From the NCBI GenBank assembly GCA_023539495.1, contig JAKCEV010000012.1, forward strand, positions 1 to 24,000: 24,000 bases of DNA, written 5' to 3'. Source of the DNA: Candidatus Wolframiiraptor allenii. GTDB taxonomy: Archaea > Thermoproteota > Nitrososphaeria_A > Caldarchaeales > Wolframiiraptoraceae. Each line of letters opens with the position of its first letter. Within the stretch, counting starts at the first letter, position 1. Made by a program: the position numbers and the translations under genes. Below the pieces are notes generated by a model that was not told the DNA's origin, did no database searches, and saw nothing but the letters and a program-made list of their open reading frames with translations. Below are positions 15,717 to 23,783 of this stretch, piece after piece.

Positions 15717-15724
15717 TATATAAG
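15717..15724 (-). promoter_or_regulatory. TATA box (minus-sense AAAGCTTATATA) for the 141-aa pilin gene
   Basis: The element lies about 32-39 nt upstream of the ATG at 15685 and has a purine-rich BRE-like flank. This implies a very short leader. Confidence 0.35.
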
Positions 15725-15862
15725 CTTTATGCTCGAGGCCGTGCTAGCCATAGGGAAAACAAGTATCTCCAAACGCTTTGGCCACGAGCCCACATATGCT
15801 GTGAAATAGTCATGCGCAAGCCTTATTTTAGAAGTTATCAGCATTAGAGCCCGGGAAGGGGG

Positions 15863-16231
15863 TTGGTCGAGGAGTATCTTGAGCCAAACCTGGTCAAGAA
15901 GGCCTTCAAGGATGCCATGAGATCCATCTTTGGCGAGAACGGCTCGCGGATCCTCGAGCTCCATCTCAGAAGATTTCTCGGGAAGGATCCATATGAGGCC
16001 ATCTACGAGGATCCGAGGCTCTTCTGCGATGGCCTGAGAGCATTCTTCGGCCCCGGGGCTAGAGGCCTCCTCATAGTCCTGGCCAAGACCCTGATAAAGG
16101 AGAGCGGGATACAGGGCCTGACGCCAAGCCAGATCATCGAGATCCTAGAGAGCGGCGACCAGGAGCTTAAGACCCACTTCTTCGCAATCCTCTGCTCCTC
16201 CCAACGCAGAGTTGGGGGTGGCGTCAGGTGA
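15863..16231 (+). CDS. Small helical protein, paralog A of an uncharacterised family (122 aa)
   Basis: Shares G...LE..L...PY....DP.L....L...FG......L.....LI..SG with the 18869-19300 product (for example DPYEAIYEDPRLFCDGLRAFFG versus SPYKLLLRDPQLYYNALTSIFG). TTG start. The stop overlaps the KaiC-like GTG start by 4 nt. Confidence 0.6.
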   Translation: MVEEYLEPNLVKKAFKDAMRSIFGENGSRILELHLRRFLGKDPYEAIYEDPRLFCDGLRAFFGPGARGLLIVLAKTLIKESGIQGLTPSQIIEILESGDQELKTHFFAILCSSQRRVGGGVR

Positions 16232-17643
16232 ATCCAACCGGGATACCCGGCGTAGATGAGCTGATAGGAGGCCTGCCAAGAGGAGAGCTCGTGATAGTGG
16301 CCGGTGGCCCGGGAACAGGGAAAACAATGTTCTCGGCGGGATTCCTATACTGGGGCGCAGTGAAATACGGCGAGAAGGGCCTATACGTCTCGCTCGCCGA
16401 GGATCACGATACATTCATCAGGAACATGAAGCGGGTCAGCTATGACTTCAGGGAACTGGAGGATCGCGGCCTCTTCCACTTCATCGACGCATTAACAGTT
16501 ATGGAGACCGGAATAGCAGAGCTCCTCGAGACGATAATAGAGGAGGCATCATCATTTGGGGCCCAGAGGCTGGTCATAGACTCCCTCTCAGCCCTCGCCC
16601 AAGGGATGAGGGAGCCGAGAGAGCTCAGAGTCTTCCTCCACACGCTCCTATCAAGGATAATGAGAGGCCTAGGATGCACGACAATACTAATCGAGGAGGT
16701 CCCAGTCGGCGAGACAAGAATAGGGTATGGCTTCGAGGAATTCGTAGCCTCAGCAGTCATAGTACTTGAGAAAGACATGATAGATAACAGGTTCATCAGG
16801 AGGATGAGGATCGAGAAACTGAGAGGTCTCCCAATAAGAAGTAAAATGGCGTGTTACACGCTTGGAGCGGGGTTCATAGCCTTCCCACCATACAAGACGC
16901 CGGTACTTGAGAGTCCGAGGACTCCAGATCCTATACCAGACCCACCCGGTAGATACTCTAGCGGGCTAAAGGATTTGGATGAGGCTTTAGGAGGGTATCC
17001 GAAGGGGTCTACAATCCTCTTGGAAATAGACGCTATGGTAACCAGGGATCAATACAGGGTGCTAATTTGGCCGCATTCGGCCAACTTCCTTCGAAACAAA
17101 AGACCGATAATAACGGTCCCTGGGATAGGGAGTAGTCCGAAGGATCTGGAAGCATTCTATGAGAGTTATGCCCTCCCAGAGGATGAACGAAAGCTCGCAA
17201 GGCACTTCCTAGCAGTAGAGGCTGTTAACCGGCATTCTCCAGCAAACATAATCGCATATGATCCAAAAGATGGTGCGGTCTCATTAATTGAGAAAATTGA
17301 GTCTACTGCTGAGGAACTGATGAAGACTGTTGGAAGCCCGCCCTTGATTGTGATAAGCATGGACTCGCTTGAATTCAACTACGAGCTCGAGGATGTGTTG
17401 AAGATGGTCTCGAGGATTGCGGCTTGGACTAGGAGAAATAATGCTTTAAGTCTCTTAGCAGATAAATCCTCATATCCGGAGCTCACCAGAAAAATATCCT
17501 CAATAGCCTCCATCCACCTGAAACTCACGAGAAGGCATGGGTGCCTCCTTCTCTACGGCATCAAGCCCATGATACACCTACATGCCGTAAAAATAGAAAC
17601 CGGGAAGGGGTATTATGAGACAAGGCTCATCCCAATCACTTAG
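16228..17643 (+). CDS. KaiC/RadA-like two-domain ATPase with a degenerate second domain
   Basis: Domain 1 has GIPGVDELIGGLPRGELVIVAGGPGTGKT (Walker A) and RLVIDSLSAL (Walker B). Domain 2, from about 16948, repeats the fold entry SSGLKDLDEALGGYPKGSTILLEIDAM but has no GxxGxGKT P-loop. Confidence 0.85.
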   Translation: MNPTGIPGVDELIGGLPRGELVIVAGGPGTGKTMFSAGFLYWGAVKYGEKGLYVSLAEDHDTFIRNMKRVSYDFRELEDRGLFHFIDALTVMETGIAELLETIIEEASSFGAQRLVIDSLSALAQGMREPRELRVFLHTLLSRIMRGLGCTTILIEEVPVGETRIGYGFEEFVASAVIVLEKDMIDNRFIRRMRIEKLRGLPIRSKMACYTLGAGFIAFPPYKTPVLESPRTPDPIPDPPGRYSSGLKDLDEALGGYPKGSTILLEIDAMVTRDQYRVLIWPHSANFLRNKRPIITVPGIGSSPKDLEAFYESYALPEDERKLARHFLAVEAVNRHSPANIIAYDPKDGAVSLIEKIESTAEELMKTVGSPPLIVISMDSLEFNYELEDVLKMVSRIAAWTRRNNALSLLADKSSYPELTRKISSIASIHLKLTRRHGCLLLYGIKPMIHLHAVKIETGKGYYETRLIPIT

Positions 17644-18685
17644 TCCTCCGCTCCTCCTCCAAATGCCTATAAAACTCCCGGGGGGCCAGCTCTGGATACT
17701 CATCAGCCCCGGCCCTCTCAACAATATGCCTCCTAATATCGAGGCATAAATCGCACTTCGAGATGTATCCATCGCTTCTCTCCATGTAATTGTATTCCTT
17801 GACCGCGAACCTGTATAGGCTCCCGAGATCCTCGAGGATGAGCATGCCGAGGATGGGCCTCTCATCGGGATCCAAGCCTCCCTCAACTAGCTCATCAAGC
17901 TTCCTAGCGTCGCCGAGCGACAAGCCGGCGCAATACCCGGTGATGAGATTGCCATAATTATCAATATGAGCATGCCAGCTCCTCAGCAAGTTATCCCTAC
18001 AATCCTCGTCAAAGAAGACCTTCGCCGGATACCTCCTAAACAACTCGCGAAGCTTATAACATGCCCTCCCCATTGGCAGGAGCTCAGCCCACCTCAATCC
18101 ATCAACGCCAAGCCTCGCCAAATATTCCTCGAAGCCCATCGTCCCCCTAAGCCCAAGCCTCCTAAACTGATCATAGAACTCGCGCTGATAGATTATCAGG
18201 CTGCCATCAAATATTCTCTCACCCAGCTCAGCCGCCAACACCATCCTCTCAAACGGCGTATACTCCACGAGAAACGGGTTGACGCTGACGAGCATGCCAT
18301 CGAGGCCGGCCTGCCTAAGCTCAAGAAGCATCTCCTCAGCCCTCTCACGGCTCGCACACCAGAAACAATTCGTCTCAACAAAAACAGACGGTATACCATA
18401 ATCCTCCGCAAGCTCAACAGCCCTCAGGAGAAGCCTATAATTAAGAAACGGCTCACCACCGGTAAAATGAAGGCCATAATTGATGCCAATCCTCGACGAG
18501 CCACTAGGAGCAGGTATAATATTTCCCGAGAGCTGGCCCAATATTCTACCCAGATCGCTCTCCGAGATCCAGTCGCCACCCCAAGATGGAGAACAAGCAT
18601 ACATACAATGCCTACAAACCGAGGTGCACTTGTAAGAGAGAAGAATACCGCAGGAAACAGGCTTAGGCAGATAGATCCTCCCCAC
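17636..18685 (-). CDS. Radical SAM enzyme of unknown specificity
   Basis: CxxxCxxC cluster motif YKCTSVCRHCMY (18605-18628), the SAM-binding-like HFTGGEPFL, and extra C-terminal cysteines (GYCAG, CDLC). The GTG start is preceded by GGAGGGG. Its 3' end overlaps the KaiC-like gene end by 8 nt, in convergent orientation. Confidence 0.85.
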   Translation of the reverse strand: MGRIYLPKPVSCGILLSYKCTSVCRHCMYACSPSWGGDWISESDLGRILGQLSGNIIPAPSGSSRIGINYGLHFTGGEPFLNYRLLLRAVELAEDYGIPSVFVETNCFWCASRERAEEMLLELRQAGLDGMLVSVNPFLVEYTPFERMVLAAELGERIFDGSLIIYQREFYDQFRRLGLRGTMGFEEYLARLGVDGLRWAELLPMGRACYKLRELFRRYPAKVFFDEDCRDNLLRSWHAHIDNYGNLITGYCAGLSLGDARKLDELVEGGLDPDERPILGMLILEDLGSLYRFAVKEYNYMERSDGYISKCDLCLDIRRHIVERAGADEYPELAPREFYRHLEEERRTK

Positions 18686-18827
18686 GACCCCTCCAAAATC
18701 CTATAGCTCCCAACATGATAGACTTTTACGCGTAACTTATGGCCACCCTGAGAAAAATATATAAACTAGGAGCATTATTCGAGATGACTTTCTTTACATT
18801 TTTGCAAAAAGATTGGGAAAATTTTGT

Positions 18828-18839
18828 AAAAATATATAT
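18828..18839 (+). promoter_or_regulatory. TATA box (AAAAATATATAT) for small-protein paralog B
   Basis: The element ends 29 nt upstream of the ATG at 18869, which fits a leaderless or near-leaderless transcript. A second TATA-like element at 18753-18765 could serve the divergent radical SAM gene. Confidence 0.35.
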
Positions 18840-18868
18840 CCCCGCCAAACCATATTTTTATCGAAAAC

Positions 18869-19300
18869 ATGTCCGAGGAAGACAGGTACGCCTCCATCCT
18901 CAGGTCCGTGCTCGAGGAGCTTCTTGGAAGTAGCGCGTTAAAGGTTCTTGAATACCAGCTCTCAAAGAGCTATCCCGAGACAAGTCCCTATAAGCTGCTA
19001 TTAAGAGACCCTCAGCTATATTATAACGCGTTAACCTCAATCTTCGGGAACGAGGGCAGTCTCATCTTCCTAAAGCTGATCCTCAAACACCTCATAACAA
19101 GATCAGGCACCACCACAATAGACCCGGACACGCTCGCAAGATCACTCATACGCGGAGAAAAAGATGCCATAAACACGCTCATACAAACACTGGAGAAAGT
19201 AGCAAATTTTCGAGACGAAGCGAATCTCAAGATAATCGAGACGCCTCAAGTTTTAAAGGAAGCTGAGAAATGGAAGGGAATGGGGGTTGGAGGAAACTAG
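18869..19300 (+). CDS. Small helical protein, paralog B of the same uncharacterised family (143 aa)
   Basis: Similarity by eye to the 15863-16231 product across roughly 90 aa. Its 3' end overlaps the next gene's TTG start by 14 nt. Confidence 0.6.
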   Translation: MSEEDRYASILRSVLEELLGSSALKVLEYQLSKSYPETSPYKLLLRDPQLYYNALTSIFGNEGSLIFLKLILKHLITRSGTTTIDPDTLARSLIRGEKDAINTLIQTLEKVANFRDEANLKIIETPQVLKEAEKWKGMGVGGN

Positions 19301-20336
19301 AAAAGTAGTAGAAGCATTAATGAAAGTTGGTCCTAGATTTTCCGATATATCAAGAGCCACCGGTATCCCAGTCTCAACAGTAAGATACATTATACTAAAA
19401 AGACTACCAAAACTAGGTCTTTCCATTAGGCCCTCAATAAATTATGGAGCATTAGGCCTGCAAAGATATTTAGTGACGTTTCGGAGCAGCTATCCCACAT
19501 ACTACATTTCTAACATACTAGACCTACTTGGAGAATACGCGTACCTAGATTACTACACTTATCTAATGACGGAGAAAAAGTTTTTCGCGATCTTCGCTAT
19601 ACCGCCAAGTTACGAAAAGGACTTTCTAGATTTTCTAGACTTACTTGAATCGATGATTTTGATCAAGGAGGTGGAAACATGTAAACTCACATATATGAGA
19701 CCTCTTCCATTCATGGTTGAATTCTTCGATTTTTCGAGAGGGGTATGGATTCAGGATTGGATTAGCATGAGAAAGACTAGAAATATCCCAGAGACGCCTG
19801 AATATCCTGCCCCTCATCCCAAGATAGATAAAGTGGATCTTATCTTAATAGCAGAACTTCAAAAAGGTATAGCTCCAATAAAGTACAATAGTTTAGCTCA
19901 AAAATTCAATTTAACCCGCCAAACAATTAGTAAGCATTATAAGCACGTGAAGAATTTGATAAATTTGTTTACGATCTTTTGGGCTCCTCACATGAACCCT
20001 CAGCTCCTACTGCTTCCATTAATGGTTAAAGTGGAAGCTAGGAAAGATTTCAGGGAAATACTGCTTAGCATACCATTTACATATACTGAATTCAGAAGCG
20101 AAGGAGGGGATTATTTTGCGATGTTAATGATGCCAAACGTTGGTTCATACAATACTTTAAAATTCCTAACAAGTTCACTAGATGTGATTAGCATAGATTT
20201 TCAAGATATGGAATATAGTGGAAAATTTACAATTCAACATAATTTATTTAAAAACGGACTATGGATTAACGTCTTCGACGAAGTTGCAAGGAAGCTGGTT
20301 GTTTTGATAAAATCTCGCAGCGGACAATTACGATAA
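19287..20336 (+). CDS. Putative transcription regulator with two tandem HTH-plus-effector (Lrp/AsnC-like) modules
   Basis: Module 1: RFSDISRATGIPVSTVRYIILKRL followed by INYGALGLQRYLVTF. Module 2: DLILIAELQKGIAPIKYNSLAQKFNLTRQTISKHYKHV followed by a similar alpha/beta-looking segment. The start is TTG 19287 (an alternative is ATG 19320). The region is visibly AT-rich. Confidence 0.6.
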   Translation: MEETRKVVEALMKVGPRFSDISRATGIPVSTVRYIILKRLPKLGLSIRPSINYGALGLQRYLVTFRSSYPTYYISNILDLLGEYAYLDYYTYLMTEKKFFAIFAIPPSYEKDFLDFLDLLESMILIKEVETCKLTYMRPLPFMVEFFDFSRGVWIQDWISMRKTRNIPETPEYPAPHPKIDKVDLILIAELQKGIAPIKYNSLAQKFNLTRQTISKHYKHVKNLINLFTIFWAPHMNPQLLLLPLMVKVEARKDFREILLSIPFTYTEFRSEGGDYFAMLMMPNVGSYNTLKFLTSSLDVISIDFQDMEYSGKFTIQHNLFKNGLWINVFDEVARKLVVLIKSRSGQLR

Positions 20337-20383
20337 AAATAAAAATTTGGATGAATTTTCCGTCTTAGAGGGCGCTCCTAGGT

Positions 20384-20521
20384 TTAGAATGGAACTTTCG
20401 AAACCTTCTCCGCCGGAACGCCTGTTAGAGCTGCTACTGCTATTATTGCGGCTTCAATTGCTATTATGATCAGCATCTCTTTGGAGATTCCTGCTTTCAG
20501 GGCGACATCCTCAAACTTCAT
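20384..20521 (-). CDS. Candidate small hydrophobic protein (45 aa), absent from the ORF track
   Basis: Manual translation gives MKFEDVALKAGISKEMLIIIAIEAAIIAVAALTGVPAEKVSKVPF followed by stop. TTAATTAA lies 23-30 nt upstream of the ATG, which is leaderless geometry. A T-rich tract (ATTTTTATTTT) follows the stop on that strand. There is no homology evidence. Confidence 0.25.
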   Translation of the reverse strand: MKFEDVALKAGISKEMLIIIAIEAAIIAVAALTGVPAEKVSKVPF

Positions 20522-20693
20522 GCCGTATAATAGGTTCGGGGGGTTAATTAACATTTTCACAAAATTTTCATAATTGCTTGCATTTTTGTTAAGATCTTAG
20601 AGTAAAACTTATATATTATGTACCCAAAATCTGGGCTCCTATGCGTGAGATTGTATATTTTAGGCAAATTGATTTTAAGATGTTATTGGTTGC

Positions 20694-21374
20694 ATGGTTT
20701 TGATGCGGTTGAGTATTGGCTTCATCGTGCTGATTCTTCTTACGCTGGTCTTGGCCGTTTTCCTGATCTACCGGCTGGGGTTTGTGTTGTTTTCTTCTAG
20801 GGCCGACTCGGTTTATCCGAGGCCTGTTGTTGAGCTTTTTCTTGAGCATGGTGATGTGCTTATTCCTGTTCGGGGTGACGTATTGTTGAAGGAGCCTCTT
20901 CCCAGCGACCTTAAGCTTATTGTTAGGCTGAGTAACAATAGTAGTGAGCCTAGTTTGAAAGGTGAGTTTGCGGCTGGTGTCCTCTTGATGCTGGAGGGCG
21001 TGAGGGTGAAGGATATTGAGTTGCGCGGATTTGTGGGCGCGATTGGGGTAGGCGAGGATGGCAGCGTAGTCTCGCCCGTGAACGCCAGCATCGTAGAGTT
21101 ATTCGCTAGCAAGCTCGATCCATGGTGTTCCATAGAAGCAGAGCTCACCCTGCATAGGGGGAATGAGTCGGGTTGTTTCCAACTTGCTTATAGGGGTTGG
21201 ATAATGGATGAAGATGATCGTGTCTTGGAGCCTGTCAGCGGCTCTGAGGAGCCCTATATTGCCAGGTATCCTCCTGAGAGCTATCCGGATAATCCACCTG
21301 ATTCCAGATGGGCTGGGCGTGATTTTATGAAGTATGCTGTTTACCGGGCGGAGGTCTGTTATCTGGGAGGCTGA
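20694..21374 (+). CDS. Membrane-anchored protein of unknown function (226 aa)
   Basis: An N-terminal hydrophobic helix (LSIGFIVLILLTLVLAVFLIYRLGFVLF) is followed by a soluble domain with no motif I recognise. A TATA-like TTATATATTA lies at about 20609-20618. Confidence 0.55.
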   Translation: MVLMRLSIGFIVLILLTLVLAVFLIYRLGFVLFSSRADSVYPRPVVELFLEHGDVLIPVRGDVLLKEPLPSDLKLIVRLSNNSSEPSLKGEFAAGVLLMLEGVRVKDIELRGFVGAIGVGEDGSVVSPVNASIVELFASKLDPWCSIEAELTLHRGNESGCFQLAYRGWIMDEDDRVLEPVSGSEEPYIARYPPESYPDNPPDSRWAGRDFMKYAVYRAEVCYLGG

Positions 21375-21380
21375 GCCCGC

Positions 21381-23774
21381 CTAAGCCCTCTCAACCCGGG
21401 AGTATCCGGCCTCTATCTCGACGCGGTAGACTTGGTTTGCTGCTTGCTCAACTTCTGGGTCATGCGTGACGATTATCGCCTGCGGTATCAAGCCCCTCTC
21501 GCCACGGAGGTTTGCTAGGAGCCTCACGAGCTCCCTCCTCCTCTCGGGGTCAAGATGTATTGTCGGCTCATCCATCAGGATACACTGGATCCTGTTTCCG
21601 GTGAGAGCTGCCGCTATACCGAGCCTTAGGCAGAGGGCTATCGCCGTCTTCTCGCCGCCGCTCAGTGAGTCTATCGGTTGTTCGCCAAACGGCCCATAGA
21701 CATAGACGTTATAATCCTCATCGAGCCTCAGATCCGTGTATGCTAGGTTGAAGAATCTGAGAAGTCTCCTTGCATAATGTTCTATGCTCCTCCTCGCAGC
21801 GGCCCTTACATGCTTCTGGACGCCATCCTTTCCAAAGGCCTCCCGGATCACCCGAAGCCTAGAGAGCTCACGCTCTACAATCTCGAGCTTCTCCCTAGCG
21901 ATCTTCAACCGCTCAAGCTCGTTGGCGAGCCGCATCCTCTCATCCTCCAGATCTCTCAAACGCTGGACATGTGCGGAATACTCCTCCCTAAGGCTGCTAA
22001 GCCTCTCGAGAACATCCCTCAACCTCCCCCGGAGATCCTCGTAATCCTTCTCGCTATATCCGATGCTCCTCATCCTCTCCACCATCCACCTCTTCTTCTC
22101 CTCGAGCTCCATGATCTCGGATGCGAGCCTCTTGATCTTCTGCTCTATCTCGCTGCTCGATCCAAGCTTCTCGAGAATCCCTCTCTCCCTCTCCAGCCTC
22201 CTAACCTCCTCCTCAACACTCCTCATGGCGCTCATCCTCTCCTCCAAAGCCCTCTTGAGCTGCTCGAGCTCACTAGGAGCCTCTATGCTCCTCAGCTCCG
22301 ATTCGATCCTCATCTTCTCATTCTCCAGCTCCGCGAGCCTTGAGATCGTGTCCTCGACTCTACGCGGATCAATCGTCGAGAGCTCCTCAAGCATGGCCCT
22401 GGCGGACCCGAGATCTAGGCGAAGCTCCTCCCGCTCCACCTCGAGCGCCCTAGCCCTCTTCTCGTGCTCCTCAAGCTCGATCCTGAGATCCTCTAGGACC
22501 TTCATCCTATGCTCCTCCGTCATAGGTCTCCTGCATAGCGGGCACACCGCCCCGCCTTTTTCAAGCTCCTCGATCCTCTCCATCGCGGTCTTCACCATGC
22601 CCTGAGCCTCGCCGATCTCCTCGCCGAGTCTTCGAACCCTCTGCTCAAGCTCCTCCACAACCCTCCTCTGCTCCTCGATTAATCCCCTAAGGACGTTGTG
22701 CAGCTCCTCTAGTCTCTCAAACCTACGGCCTGAGAACTTCTCAATCCTCCTCATCCAGCCCTCAATAAGCGATCTATGCGACGAGACCTCCCTCATGATC
22801 TCCGTGAGCCTCCTCTCGAGAATATCCTTCCTAGACTTCATGGCCTCTAGCTCTATGAGCCTGCTTCTCAGCTCCTCCACCTCTCCTCTCAGCCTAGTCA
22901 GCTCCTCTTCCGCCTTCTCAAGCTCGAGCACCCGCTTTTCCGCTTCTTTTACAAGTGTTAGATTCTTTTCATGGGACTCGAGCTCCCCCCTCCTTGATGC
23001 TATCAGGCTATCAAGCTTCGCGATGGCCTCCTTGAGCCCCTCAATCCTCCTCCTATCTTCCTCCATGGACCTTAGCCTTGACTCAAGTTTACCACGCTCC
23101 TCCTCTAGGCCGCGGATCTCGGGCTCGAGCAGGCTCACCCGTTCCCGAGCCTTCGCAGCCTCCGTCTCAACCTCTCCCAGCCTTCTCTCAACCTCTCCAG
23201 CCCTCTCAACCTCTTTCCTAAGCTCCGTGGCCTTTTCCTCGAGCAGCCTAATCGGTGTCCTCAGATCCTCCCAGAGTCTCTCGAGATCCTCTATCCCGAG
23301 AAGCCTCGAGATTATCTCCTTCCTCTCTGCGGGCCTCGCCTCAAGCAGCCTCGCCATCTCTCCCTGCCTGACATACGCGGCGCTCATGAAGACCTCGCGC
23401 GGTATCCCGAGAATCCTCTCGATCTCCGGCAGAACAGTCTTCTCGCCAGCATCCACCAGCAACATCGAGCCTGATGTTAAATCCCGGAGGGTTGCCTGGG
23501 CCCTCTTACCCCTACCAAGCCTCCACGTTATCTCATATGCTCTCCCGCCGGAGCTGAATGTAACCTGAATCATGGCATTTGAGGCGGCCCTGTTTATCAG
23601 GTTCTCATCCCTCCCGCGGCTATGCTCCTTGAAGAGGGCGAATGTCACAGCATCGAGGATTGATGTCTTCCCAGATCCATTATCGCCCACCAAGACTGTG
23701 AGGCCCTGCGGGAACTCGATGAACGTATCCCTATGCGAGATGAAGTTTCTCAGCCTAACCGAGTGTATTATCAT
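21381..23774 (-). CDS. rad50: DNA double-strand break repair ATPase Rad50
   Basis: Walker A GDNGSGKTSILDA, a long bipartite coiled coil with a central zinc hook (GGAVCPLCRRPM), the ABC signature LSGGEKTAIALCLRL, and Walker B/D-loop CILMDEPTIHLD. Confidence 0.93.
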   Translation of the reverse strand: MIIHSVRLRNFISHRDTFIEFPQGLTVLVGDNGSGKTSILDAVTFALFKEHSRGRDENLINRAASNAMIQVTFSSGGRAYEITWRLGRGKRAQATLRDLTSGSMLLVDAGEKTVLPEIERILGIPREVFMSAAYVRQGEMARLLEARPAERKEIISRLLGIEDLERLWEDLRTPIRLLEEKATELRKEVERAGEVERRLGEVETEAAKARERVSLLEPEIRGLEEERGKLESRLRSMEEDRRRIEGLKEAIAKLDSLIASRRGELESHEKNLTLVKEAEKRVLELEKAEEELTRLRGEVEELRSRLIELEAMKSRKDILERRLTEIMREVSSHRSLIEGWMRRIEKFSGRRFERLEELHNVLRGLIEEQRRVVEELEQRVRRLGEEIGEAQGMVKTAMERIEELEKGGAVCPLCRRPMTEEHRMKVLEDLRIELEEHEKRARALEVEREELRLDLGSARAMLEELSTIDPRRVEDTISRLAELENEKMRIESELRSIEAPSELEQLKRALEERMSAMRSVEEEVRRLERERGILEKLGSSSEIEQKIKRLASEIMELEEKKRWMVERMRSIGYSEKDYEDLRGRLRDVLERLSSLREEYSAHVQRLRDLEDERMRLANELERLKIAREKLEIVERELSRLRVIREAFGKDGVQKHVRAAARRSIEHYARRLLRFFNLAYTDLRLDEDYNVYVYGPFGEQPIDSLSGGEKTAIALCLRLGIAAALTGNRIQCILMDEPTIHLDPERRRELVRLLANLRGERGLIPQAIIVTHDPEVEQAANQVYRVEIEAGYSRVERA

Positions 23775-23783
23775 CTTCCGGGT

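Noticed and set aside
16207-16231. Gly-rich C-termini of the two small paralogs (…RRVGGGVR and, at 19276-19300, …GMGVGGN), which might be cryptic ubiquitin-like GG processing sites given the Ub system nearby.
   Set aside because: The proteins look helical rather than beta-grasp. The G-rich codons (GGGGGTGG, GGGGGTTGGAGG) coincide exactly with Shine-Dalgarno-like sequences and start codons of the overlapping downstream genes. The nucleotide-level constraint is the simpler explanation.
17966-18706. A 246-aa plus-strand ORF covering the same DNA as the radical SAM gene.
   Set aside because: It is Pro/Lys/Arg-rich with no motif. The opposite strand encodes a clean CxxxCxxC / GGEPFL radical SAM protein with a GGAGG-type ribosome-binding site. 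It is an antisense artefact.
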